64,000 nt of DNA from Steroidobacteraceae bacterium (GTDB lineage Bacteria > Pseudomonadota > Gammaproteobacteria > Steroidobacterales > Steroidobacteraceae). Location of the stretch: positions 796-64,795 of the forward strand of contig DASSRK010000088.1 in NCBI GenBank assembly GCA_035701825.1, written 5' to 3'. Numbering within the stretch: the stretch's first letter is position 1; each line of letters starts with the position of its first letter. Under the pieces are notes generated by a model. It was given only the letters and a program-made list of their open reading frames with translations. It had not been told where the DNA came from and did not search any database. Made by a program: the position numbers and the translations under genes. Below, piece after piece: positions 50,119 through 58,119 of this stretch.

Positions 50119-50580
50119 ATGGCGCGCCGTCTGATTTCCTCGGGTTCGAGCTTCGAAAAGAGCATCGGTTATTCGCGCGCGGTGGTGGACGGCGACTGGA
50201 TCTTCGTCTCCGGCACCACCGGATACGACTACGCGACGATGTCCATCCAGGATGACGTGGTGGCGCAGTGCGAGCAGGCGTTCAGGAACATCGAGGCGGC
50301 GCTGAAGCAGGCCGATTCGAGCCTGAAGGACGTGGTGCGCGTGCATTACCTTATGACCAATGGCGCCGACTTCGAACGCTGCTGGCCCGCGATGGGCGCG
50401 GCGCTCGGGGACGTGCGTCCGGCGGCCACCATGATGGTGGTCGGGCTCGCCGACGCGAAGATGAAGATCGAGATCGAGGTGACCGCCTTGCGCCGGCGTC
50501 GCGCGGCACCCGCCGCGAAGGCGAAGAAAACCGCGGCTGCGCGCTCGAAGAAGGCCACGGCGCCACGCCGCAAGAAGTAG
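50119..50580 (+). CDS. RidA/YjgF-family protein with polybasic Ala/Lys/Arg C-terminal tail
   Basis: 153 aa. RidA-like core (GYSRAVVDGDWIFVSGTTG...VRVHYLM...MKIEIEVTA) plus a roughly 30-aa tail RRRRAAPAAKAKKTAAARSKKATAPRRKK. CAGGGAG serves as the RBS. Confidence 0.85.
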   Translation: MARRLISSGSSFEKSIGYSRAVVDGDWIFVSGTTGYDYATMSIQDDVVAQCEQAFRNIEAALKQADSSLKDVVRVHYLMTNGADFERCWPAMGAALGDVRPAATMMVVGLADAKMKIEIEVTALRRRRAAPAAKAKKTAAARSKKATAPRRKK

Positions 50581-53016
50581 ATGACCACGGACTACGAAAA
50601 GCTCGGCGTGTTCTACCTGGGTCGCGAGTACGACGCGGCCAGCAATGCGCTCAAGGACGACCTGGTCCTGTACGACTCGCAGGACCTGACCACGCACGCG
50701 GTGTGCGTGGGCATGACGGGCTCGGGCAAGACGGGCCTCTGCCTGTCGCTGCTCGAGGAAGCCGCCATCGACGGCGTGCCGGCGATCTGCATCGATCCGA
50801 AGGGCGACCTCGGCAACCTGCTCCTCACCTTTCCCCACCTCGCGCCCGCGGACTTCGCGCCGTGGATCGACGCGGGTGAAGCGCAACGCAAGGGCCTCAG
50901 CGTCGAGGAACTCGCCGCGAAGACCGCGGAGAACTGGAAGAAGGGCCTGGCCGAGTGGGACCAGGAGCCGTCGCGCATCGCGCGGCTGCGCGCGGCGGCG
51001 GAGGTGGCTATCTACACGCCGGGCGCGGAGACCGGGCTGGCGCTGTCGGTGCTGCGCTCGTTCGCGCCGCCGGCCGCGACGTTGCTGGCCGACGCCGGCG
51101 CGCTGCGCGACCGCGTGGGCTCGGTGGTGTCGGGCCTGCTGAGCCTGCTCGGCATCGAGGCGGATCCGCTGACCTCGCGCGAGCACATCCTGCTGGCCAA
51201 CCTCATCGAGGCCGCGTGGCGCCAGGGACTGGCGCTCGACCTGCCGTCGCTGATCCAGTCGGTGCAGAAGCCGCCGTTCGAGAAGCTCGGCGCGTTCGAC
51301 CTCGAGACCTTCTTCCCGGCGAAGGAACGTCTCAAGCTCGCGATGCAGTTGAACAACCTCATCGCCTCGCCCGGCTTCGCCACCTGGATGGCCGGCGAGC
51401 CGCTGGATGCCCAGCGCCTGCTGTTCACGGCCGAGGGCAAGCCGCGCATCTCGATCATCTCGATCGCGCACCTCAACGACGCCGAGCGCATGTTCGTGGT
51501 CACGCTGGTGCTCAACGAGCTCATCGGCTGGATGCGCGGCCAGTCGGGCACCTCCTCGCTGCGCGCCATTTTCTACATGGACGAGATCTTCGGGTTCTTC
51601 CCGCCAACGGCGAACCCGGCCTCGAAACCGCCCATGCTCACGCTGCTCAAGCAGGCGCGGGCCTTCGGCCTGGGATGCGTGCTGGCCACGCAGAATCCCG
51701 TCGATCTCGACTACAAGGGACTCGCGAACTGCGGCACCTGGTTCATCGGGCGGCTGCAGACCGAGCGCGACAAACTACGCGTCATCGAAGGGCTCAAGTC
51801 CGCGCAGGCGGCGGGCGACGACGGCAACGTCGAAGCGCTGATGAGCAATCTCACGCAGCGCGTGTTCCTGATGCGCAACGTGCACGAGGACGCGCCGGTG
51901 CTCATGAAGACGCGCTGGGCGCTGTCGTTCCTGCGTGGGCCGCTCACGGGGCCGGAGATCGCGCGCGCCATGGGTGCGCGCAAGGCCGCCGCAGGCAACG
52001 CGGCCGGCGCCGGCACCGCGGTCACCGCTTCCGCGACGCCGCCTTCGACCGCCTCATCGGCGCCAGTCGGTGGCGCGCGCCCGCCGGTGGGCGCGGGTAT
52101 CACCGAGTATTTCCTGACGGCCTCGAAGGGCTCGGGCGCGGTGCTCTACAAACCGATGATCGCCGCTTTCGCCAAGCTCCACTTCGTGGACGCCAGGCTC
52201 AAGCTCGACGACTGGCAGACCTCGGGCTGGCTCGCGCCGCTCGACGACGGCGGCGGCAACGCCTCGTGGGAGGACGCCGCGCGCGACCCGCAGCTCAAGT
52301 CGCGGCTCACCAGTGCGCCGGTCGACGGCGCGCAGTTCGCGGACCTGCCGGCCCAGGCGCTGCGCGCGCCCAGCTACGCGGCCTGGGCCAGGTCGCTGCA
52401 GTCGTACCTGTACGAGACCGCGCGCGCGCGGGTCCAGTGGTGCGAGGCCTTCAGGACGGCCTCGAAGCCCGGCGAGCCGGAAGGCGATTTCCGCGCGCGC
52501 CTCGCGCTCGCGGCGCGCGAGCAGCGCGACGCCCAGGTGGCCGAGCTGCGCAAGCGCTGGCAGGCCAAACTACTGCAGCTGCAGGACCAGGTGCGGCGCG
52601 CCGAGGAACGGCGCCAGCGCGAGCAGTCCCAGCTCTCGCAGCAGAAGATGCAGACGGCGGTGTCCATCGGCACGTCGATCCTGGGCGCGCTGCTCGGCCG
52701 CAAGGCGATCTCGGCGACCAATCTCGGGCGCGTCGGTTCCGCGGCCCGCTCCGCGAGCCGCTGGGGCAACGAGTCCCGGGACGTGGATCGCGCCGAGGAG
52801 AATCTCGACGTGCTCCGGCAGCGGCTGGCCGACACGCAGCGCGAGGTCGACGCCGACGTGGCGCGCCTCGAAAGCAGCCTGGATTCCGCCGGCATCACGC
52901 TGACCAGCGTGGACGTGCCGGCGCGCAAATCGGATATCGCGGTGGGTGAGGTCGCGCTGATATGGGCTCCGTGGCGCCAGGGCGCGGACGGCTTCCCCGC
53001 GCCGGCGTACGACTGA
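50581..53016 (+). CDS. large HerA/FtsK-superfamily (DUF853/YjgR-like) P-loop ATPase with coiled-coil C-terminal region
   Basis: 811 aa. Walker A GMTGSGKTG followed by IDPKGDL, Walker B IFYMDEIFGF, LATQNPVDLD, and GTWFIGRLQTERD. The C-terminal 330 aa are Ala-rich and coiled-coil with a hydrophobic segment. The ATG directly abuts the RidA stop (TAGATG). Confidence 0.8.
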   Translation: MTTDYEKLGVFYLGREYDAASNALKDDLVLYDSQDLTTHAVCVGMTGSGKTGLCLSLLEEAAIDGVPAICIDPKGDLGNLLLTFPHLAPADFAPWIDAGEAQRKGLSVEELAAKTAENWKKGLAEWDQEPSRIARLRAAAEVAIYTPGAETGLALSVLRSFAPPAATLLADAGALRDRVGSVVSGLLSLLGIEADPLTSREHILLANLIEAAWRQGLALDLPSLIQSVQKPPFEKLGAFDLETFFPAKERLKLAMQLNNLIASPGFATWMAGEPLDAQRLLFTAEGKPRISIISIAHLNDAERMFVVTLVLNELIGWMRGQSGTSSLRAIFYMDEIFGFFPPTANPASKPPMLTLLKQARAFGLGCVLATQNPVDLDYKGLANCGTWFIGRLQTERDKLRVIEGLKSAQAAGDDGNVEALMSNLTQRVFLMRNVHEDAPVLMKTRWALSFLRGPLTGPEIARAMGARKAAAGNAAGAGTAVTASATPPSTASSAPVGGARPPVGAGITEYFLTASKGSGAVLYKPMIAAFAKLHFVDARLKLDDWQTSGWLAPLDDGGGNASWEDAARDPQLKSRLTSAPVDGAQFADLPAQALRAPSYAAWARSLQSYLYETARARVQWCEAFRTASKPGEPEGDFRARLALAAREQRDAQVAELRKRWQAKLLQLQDQVRRAEERRQREQSQLSQQKMQTAVSIGTSILGALLGRKAISATNLGRVGSAARSASRWGNESRDVDRAEENLDVLRQRLADTQREVDADVARLESSLDSAGITLTSVDVPARKSDIAVGEVALIWAPWRQGADGFPAPAYD

Positions 53017-53028
53017 AACGAGGACCGG

Positions 53029-53415
53029 ATGAAAGAACTCATCGACCAGCTCGTGAACAAGCTCGGCGTCACCGGCGCCCAGGCCGAGGGCGGCGCCGCG
53101 GTGCTGTTCAAGGCCGCGAAGGACAAGCTCGGTGGCGCGCAGTTCGATCAGCTTCTGGGTGGCCTGCCCGGACTCGCCGAGCTCATGAAGAAGGCGCCGG
53201 CCACGGGTGGTGGCGGCCTCGGTGGATTGCTGGGCGGCCTCGCCGGCGCCGTGGGCGGTAACGCCGCGCTGATCGGCACGATAGTCGGCGGCTTCGGCAA
53301 GCTCGGGCTCGGCGTCGACGATGCCAAGCGCTTTGCGCCCGTCATCAGGGATTTTCTTTCCAGCAAGGCCGGGCCCGAGGTCGCTGCCAGGCTGGAAAAG
53401 ATCCTGCGCGGATAA
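53029..53415 (+). CDS. DUF2780 family protein
   Basis: 128 aa. MKELIDQLVNKLGVTGAQAEGGAAVLFKAAKDKLGG..F, a Gly-rich linker, and a second helical repeat. This is the DUF2780 pattern from memory. Confidence 0.78.
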   Translation: MKELIDQLVNKLGVTGAQAEGGAAVLFKAAKDKLGGAQFDQLLGGLPGLAELMKKAPATGGGGLGGLLGGLAGAVGGNAALIGTIVGGFGKLGLGVDDAKRFAPVIRDFLSSKAGPEVAARLEKILRG

Positions 53416-53421
53416 CCCGGC

Positions 53422-53910
53422 ATGCCCTCCTTCGATACCGTCTCCGAACTCGACGCCCACGAGCTCACCAATGCCGTCGACCAGGCTAACCGCGAGCTCG
53501 CGCAGCGCTTCGACTTCAAGGACACCGGCGCCACCTTCACGCTCAAGGAGAAGGAATTCGTGGTGCAACTCAAGGCGCCGGCGGAATTCCAGCTGCGGCA
53601 GATGATGGACATCCTCACGCAAAGGCTCGGCAAGCGCGGCATCGAGGCGCGCTGCATGGAGAAGAAGGACCCGGTCACCAACCTCGCCGAGGCGCGCCAG
53701 GACGTGGTGCTGCGCCATGGCATCGACCCGGACACCGGCAGGAAGCTGCAGAAGCTCATCAAGGAATCGAAGCTCAAGGTGCAGGCGCAGATCCAGGGCG
53801 ACCAGCTGCGCGTCACCGGCAAGCAGCGCGACGACCTGCAGGCGGCCATGGCGCTGCTGCGCAAGGCCGAGGTCGACCGCCCGCTGCAGTTCAAGAACTT
53901 CCGGGACTAG
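53422..53910 (+). CDS. yajQ: YajQ family nucleotide / cyclic-di-GMP-binding protein (UPF0234)
   Basis: 162 aa. MPSFDTVSELDAHELTNAVDQANRELAQRFDFK is near-identical in pattern to E. coli YajQ. Confidence 0.92.
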   Translation: MPSFDTVSELDAHELTNAVDQANRELAQRFDFKDTGATFTLKEKEFVVQLKAPAEFQLRQMMDILTQRLGKRGIEARCMEKKDPVTNLAEARQDVVLRHGIDPDTGRKLQKLIKESKLKVQAQIQGDQLRVTGKQRDDLQAAMALLRKAEVDRPLQFKNFRD

Positions 53911-54843
53911 CTACTTCGCGGGCGGGGCGGCGCGCGCCCGGTCGATGAGCTCGCACAGGCTGGCGGTCGCAGCGATGACCGAAGGCCCCATGCGGTCCAT
54001 GCGCTCGTCGGAGTAGATCTCCAGCCGGCCGGTGCGCACCGCGCGCAGCGCCGGGAAACGCCGCCACTCGGCCATCCACTCCTGCGCCGAGGGCGCCGGC
54101 GCGGAAATCAGGATGAGGTCGGGATCGCGCAGCACCGCCGACTCGCGCGTCACGGCGGGCGCCGCGGTCGCGAGGTCGGCGAACACGTTGTTCGCGCCGC
54201 ACACCCGCAGCGCGTCGTTGATCACGTGCCTGCCGCCGATCGTGTAGATAGGCCGATCCCAGATCTGGTACAGCACGCGCACCGGCGGCCGGCCGCGATA
54301 GCGCGCGGCGATCGCCTCGAGCTCGGCCGCGAGGCCGGCGGCGCGCGTCGCCGCCACGCCGGGCGTGCCGCTCATGTCGCCGAGGCGCCGCAGCGATTCC
54401 GGCATCTGCGCCAGGCTGGTGACGTGCACCTGGTAGACCGGGACGCCGAGCGCGCGGATGCGGTCGATGCGCGCCCGCTGCACCACGTCCACCGCGACCA
54501 CGACCACGCTGGGCCGCAGCGCCAGCAGCTGCTCGAAATCGAGCGTCTCGGCGTCGCCCACGACGGGCACGGACGCCGCTTCCGCCGGCTCCTTGCTGTG
54601 CGCGATGGTTCCCACGAGGCACTTGCCCGCGCCCGCGGCGAACAGCATGGCCGTGGTGCCGGGCGCCAGCGACACCAGGCGGCAGTTGTCGGACGGAACG
54701 GTGACGGTTTCGCCGGTGTCGTCGCGCACCGTGCGGCCAGGCGGCGCGGCGCTGGCCACGCCGGCGAGCAGCAGCGCCGCGAGCGGCGCCAAGGAACGCG
54801 CGCGATTCACCGCGGGCGGTGCGCCGTGTCGTGCGCGGCGCAA
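53911..54843 (-). CDS. BtuF/TroA-like periplasmic substrate-binding protein (cobalamin/iron-chelate type), no cognate permease or ATPase nearby
   Basis: 310 aa with a signal peptide. RLVSLAPGTTAMLFAAGAGKCLVG and IWDRPIYTIGG are typical of cluster-A binding proteins. Confidence 0.78.
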   Translation of the reverse strand: MRRARHGAPPAVNRARSLAPLAALLLAGVASAAPPGRTVRDDTGETVTVPSDNCRLVSLAPGTTAMLFAAGAGKCLVGTIAHSKEPAEAASVPVVGDAETLDFEQLLALRPSVVVVAVDVVQRARIDRIRALGVPVYQVHVTSLAQMPESLRRLGDMSGTPGVAATRAAGLAAELEAIAARYRGRPPVRVLYQIWDRPIYTIGGRHVINDALRVCGANNVFADLATAAPAVTRESAVLRDPDLILISAPAPSAQEWMAEWRRFPALRAVRTGRLEIYSDERMDRMGPSVIAATASLCELIDRARAAPPAK

Positions 54844-55043
54844 CCATCGCAGCCGCCGCCGGCGGCGCGCGCGATACGCGGCTTGAGCGAGCGCGTGCGC
54901 CAGGCCGACAGTTTCGGTCGCGCCGCTGCCCAGCCATCGAGCGCCAGCAACAGGCGCAGGCGGCTGCGCGCGGGCATCAGCTTCCAGGCGGCGAAGAGCG
55001 CCGCCCAGGTGCCGATGATCGCGACGATGAGGAGTTGCGCCAT
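54807..55043 (-). CDS. small membrane protein with C-terminal GGCDGC motif (FeoC position; DUF6587-like)
   Basis: 78 aa. N-terminal TM helix MAQLLIVAIIGTWAALFAAW, a basic linker, and CDGC. Lies 25 nt downstream of feoB and overlaps the next gene by 37 nt. Confidence 0.5.
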   Translation of the reverse strand: MAQLLIVAIIGTWAALFAAWKLMPARSRLRLLLALDGWAAARPKLSAWRTRSLKPRIARAAGGGCDGCAAHDTAHRPR

Positions 55044-55068
55044 TGCCGGTGAATTCGTTGCGAAGAGT

Positions 55069-56940
55069 CTAGCCCCACGCGCTCGCGACGCGGAAGGTGA
55101 TGAACGCCGCGAGGTAGGCGAGCGCGAAGAGATAACCCGCCATGATCAGCGGGTAGCGCCACGAGTTGGTTTCGCGCTTGACGACGGCGAGGGTCGACAG
55201 GCACTGCGGCGCGAAGATGTACCAGGCCATCAGGCTCAGGCCCGTGGCCAGGCTCCAGCTGCCGGCGATCACCGGCTGCAGCTGCGCGGCGAGGTCGTCG
55301 CCCGCGGCGGACATCGCGTAGACGGTTCCGAGCGCGCCCACGGCGACCTCGCGCGCCGCGAGCCCGGGCACCAGCGCGATGGAGATCTGCCAGTTGAAGC
55401 CGAGCGGCGCGAAGACGTGCTCGAGCATGGCGCCCAGCCGGCCCGCGAGGCTGTACTGGATCGCCGGCCCGGTGGCCCCTTCCGGCGGCGCGGGCCAGGT
55501 CGACAGGATCCACAGCACGATCATCAGCGCGAGGATGATTCCGCCCACGCGGCTCAGGAAGATCTTCACGCGCTCCCACAGGCCGAGCAGCAGGTTGGCG
55601 GCGTTCGGCCACTGGTAGTCGGGCAACTCGAGCATCAGCGGCGAATACTGGCGCGCGCCGCCAAACTGCTTCACGACGAATGACACCAGCACGCCCGACA
55701 GGATGCCGATGGCGTACAGGATGAACATCACCAGGCCCTGCAGGTTGAACGGGCCGACCTTGTGCGCCGGGATCAGCGCGCCGATCAGCAGCAGGTACAC
55801 CGGCAGGCGCGCCGAGCAGGTCATGAGCGGCGCGATCATGATGGTGGTCAGGCGATCGCGCCAGTTGGGGATGGTGCGCGTCGCCATGATGCCGGGGATG
55901 GCGCAGGCGTGGCTCGACAGCAGCGGGATGAACGCGCGGCCCGAAAGCCCCACGAAGCCCATGAGCCGGTCGAGTAGATAGGCCGCGCGCGGCAGGTAGC
56001 CGGAGTCCTCGAGCGCCAGGATGAAGAAGAACAGGATGACGATCTGCGGCAGGAACACCAGCACGGTGCCCGCGCCGCCGATCACGCCCTGCACCAGCAG
56101 GTCGGCGACCGGGCCCGGCGGCATGTGCGTGGCGACCAGGTCGCCGAGCGCGGCCATGCCGGCCTCGATCCAGTCCATGGGCGCCTGCGCCCAGCTGAAC
56201 ACCGCCTGGAACATCACGAACAGGATGGCGAGCAGCGCCAGCAGTCCGGCGAACGGCTGCAGCAGCAGCGCGTCGATGCGCGCGAACCACGGGTTGTCGC
56301 GCGGCGGGCTGTAACCCGACGCGGCCAGCAGCGCGCGCATGTCGTGCTGCAGTCGCTCGGCTTCCGCGGCGCCGATCTGCGCGCCGACCGCGGCGACCGG
56401 CGCACCTTGCGGCCAGCGCGCCGGGTCCAGGATGCCGATGAGCGCATCGGCACCGCCACGCCGGACCGCGACGGTCGGCACCACGGGCACGCCGAGCGCG
56501 GCGGCGAGTTGCTCGACGCGGATACCGACCCCGCGGCGCCTGGCGACGTCCATGCGGTTGAGCGCCAGCACCATCGGCAGGCCGAGGCGCTTGACCTCGA
56601 GCGCCAGGCGCAGGCCGATCGGCAGGTGCACCGCGTCGACCACGCACACCACGAGCTCGGGCGCCGGCACGCCGGCGAGGCGGCCGAGCAGCACGTCGCG
56701 CGTGATGGCTTCGTCGAGCGTGGTCGGATGCAGGGAATACGTGCCCGGGAGATCGAGCACGCGCAACACGCGGCCGTCGTCGCCGATGCGCTCGCCCTCG
56801 CGCCGCTCGACGGTGACGCCGGGGTAGTTAGCCACCTTCTGGCGGCTGCCGGTCAGGCGATTGAACAGCGCGGTCTTGCCGCAGTTCGGTACGCCGACCA
56901 GCGCGACTCGCAGGGACCTGGTTTCGACGAGGGCGTCCAT
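55069..56940 (-). CDS. feoB: ferrous iron transporter FeoB
   Basis: 623 aa. G-domain VALVGVPNCGKTALFNRLTG and ANYPGVTVE, followed by a polytopic membrane domain. Confidence 0.95.
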   Translation of the reverse strand: MDALVETRSLRVALVGVPNCGKTALFNRLTGSRQKVANYPGVTVERREGERIGDDGRVLRVLDLPGTYSLHPTTLDEAITRDVLLGRLAGVPAPELVVCVVDAVHLPIGLRLALEVKRLGLPMVLALNRMDVARRRGVGIRVEQLAAALGVPVVPTVAVRRGGADALIGILDPARWPQGAPVAAVGAQIGAAEAERLQHDMRALLAASGYSPPRDNPWFARIDALLLQPFAGLLALLAILFVMFQAVFSWAQAPMDWIEAGMAALGDLVATHMPPGPVADLLVQGVIGGAGTVLVFLPQIVILFFFILALEDSGYLPRAAYLLDRLMGFVGLSGRAFIPLLSSHACAIPGIMATRTIPNWRDRLTTIMIAPLMTCSARLPVYLLLIGALIPAHKVGPFNLQGLVMFILYAIGILSGVLVSFVVKQFGGARQYSPLMLELPDYQWPNAANLLLGLWERVKIFLSRVGGIILALMIVLWILSTWPAPPEGATGPAIQYSLAGRLGAMLEHVFAPLGFNWQISIALVPGLAAREVAVGALGTVYAMSAAGDDLAAQLQPVIAGSWSLATGLSLMAWYIFAPQCLSTLAVVKRETNSWRYPLIMAGYLFALAYLAAFITFRVASAWG

Positions 56941-56966
56941 GTGACGCGATGGAAGGCGCCGGACGC

Positions 56967-57329
56967 TCAGGCGGCAGCGGCGCTGGTCCCCGGCTGCGTG
57001 AGCGATTCACGGCCGGCGGCCTGCGCGGGCGCCATCTGCACCTGCACCGCGGCGGCCTCGGCACGGCGCAGCGCGAAGGTCGATCCGGCGATGCGCACCG
57101 CGATCGGATCGCCACCCAGCCACATGCGGGCCACCACTTCGCAGCGCGCACCGGGCACGAAGCCCAGGTCGCGCAACCGTGCGACCAGCGATTCGTCGCT
57201 GTGTCGTCCCGCATCGAGGGAGGCGGATTCCCGCAGGCTGGTGACCACCGCCACATCGCCACGACGCAATTCGGCCAGCGCCAGGCAAGGAGCAGTCGGG
57301 GAATCTGTCGGCGGAACAGCAGGTTTCAC
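56967..57329 (-). CDS. feoA: FeoA family protein (start uncertain)
   Basis: FeoA SH3-like core LAELRRGDVAVVTSL...RLRDLGFVPGARCEVV...GDPIAVRIAGSTFALRRAEA. GTG 57329 chosen. The track ATG 57404 would place the coding region over an operator-like palindrome. Confidence 0.72.
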   Translation of the reverse strand: MKPAVPPTDSPTAPCLALAELRRGDVAVVTSLRESASLDAGRHSDESLVARLRDLGFVPGARCEVVARMWLGGDPIAVRIAGSTFALRRAEAAAVQVQMAPAQAAGRESLTQPGTSAAAA

Positions 57330-57363
57330 GGGGCCGAGTATGCGGTTGCGACACCGCAAAAGT

Positions 57364-57384
57364 AAATGCGACAGGTTCGCATTT
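57364..57384. promoter_or_regulatory. 8-5-8 inverted repeat AAATGCGA-N5-TCGCATTT, candidate operator upstream of feoA
   Basis: Perfect 8-bp arms in an AT-rich patch of the feoA/tetR divergent region. It overlaps a TAAATG -10-like hexamer on the feo strand. Confidence 0.4.
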
Positions 57385-57416
57385 AGGATTTTCGGGTGTT
57401 GCACAAAGTTCTACTA

Positions 57417-57433
57417 ATTGACGCAGCGTCAAT
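57417..57433. promoter_or_regulatory. perfect 17-bp palindrome ATTGACG-CAG-CGTCAAT, candidate TetR operator
   Basis: Lies 23 nt upstream of the tetR ATG. TetR-family repressors typically bind such palindromes at their own promoters. Confidence 0.45.
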
Positions 57434-57455
57434 CCTAGGGATAACCTCCCGCGCC

Positions 57456-58094
57456 ATGAGTTACATCGCCGAACGCAGACTCGAAGAGAAAGAGCGCCGC
57501 CGCGCGGAAATCGTCGATGCGGCCGAAGCCGCGGGCCGCGAGGTCGGCCTCGACGCGCTCACCATGGACGACGTCGCGCGCCGCGCCCGCCTGTCGCGCG
57601 CGCTCATCTACGTGTACTTCCAGGATCGCACCGACCTGATGTTCGGGCTCGCCGAGCGCGCCATGAACATGCTGCACGGGCGCTTCGTCGAGGCCGCCGA
57701 GCGCAACCGCACGGGCCTCGACCAGGTGAGCGCCATCGGCCGCGCCTACGTGGCTTTCTCGCAGGAATTCCCGGTGCTTTTCGATGCGCTGGCGCGCTGC
57801 GAACTGCAGTCACCGGACCCGGCCCAGTGTTCGCCCACCGAGCAGGCCTGCGCGCTCGGCGGCGATCGCCTGCACGCCACGCTGGTTGCCTCCATCGAAG
57901 CCGGCGTGCGCGACGGCAGCATCCGCGCCGACGTCGGCTCGCCGCTGCTCATGAGCGTGACGCTGTGGGGATTCATGCACGGCATCATCCAGCTCACCAC
58001 CACCAAGGCACATGCCCTGGCCCATCACGGCGTGACGCCGAAGGCGCTGATCGACTACGCCATCGACATGATCACGCGCGACCTCAAGCCTTGA
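57456..58094 (+). CDS. TetR/AcrR family transcriptional regulator
   Basis: 212 aa from ATG 57456. The HTH region is LTMDDVARRARLSRALIYVYFQDRTDL. Confidence 0.88.
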   Translation: MSYIAERRLEEKERRRAEIVDAAEAAGREVGLDALTMDDVARRARLSRALIYVYFQDRTDLMFGLAERAMNMLHGRFVEAAERNRTGLDQVSAIGRAYVAFSQEFPVLFDALARCELQSPDPAQCSPTEQACALGGDRLHATLVASIEAGVRDGSIRADVGSPLLMSVTLWGFMHGIIQLTTTKAHALAHHGVTPKALIDYAIDMITRDLKP

Positions 58095-58119
58095 AGACCT
58101 GACCCCGGAACCTCCGACG

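Noticed and set aside
57364-57384. Palindrome upstream of feoA interpreted as a Fur box
   Set aside because: The half-sites AAATGCGA/TCGCATTT with a 5-nt spacer match the 19-bp Fur consensus poorly. It is kept only as a generic candidate operator.
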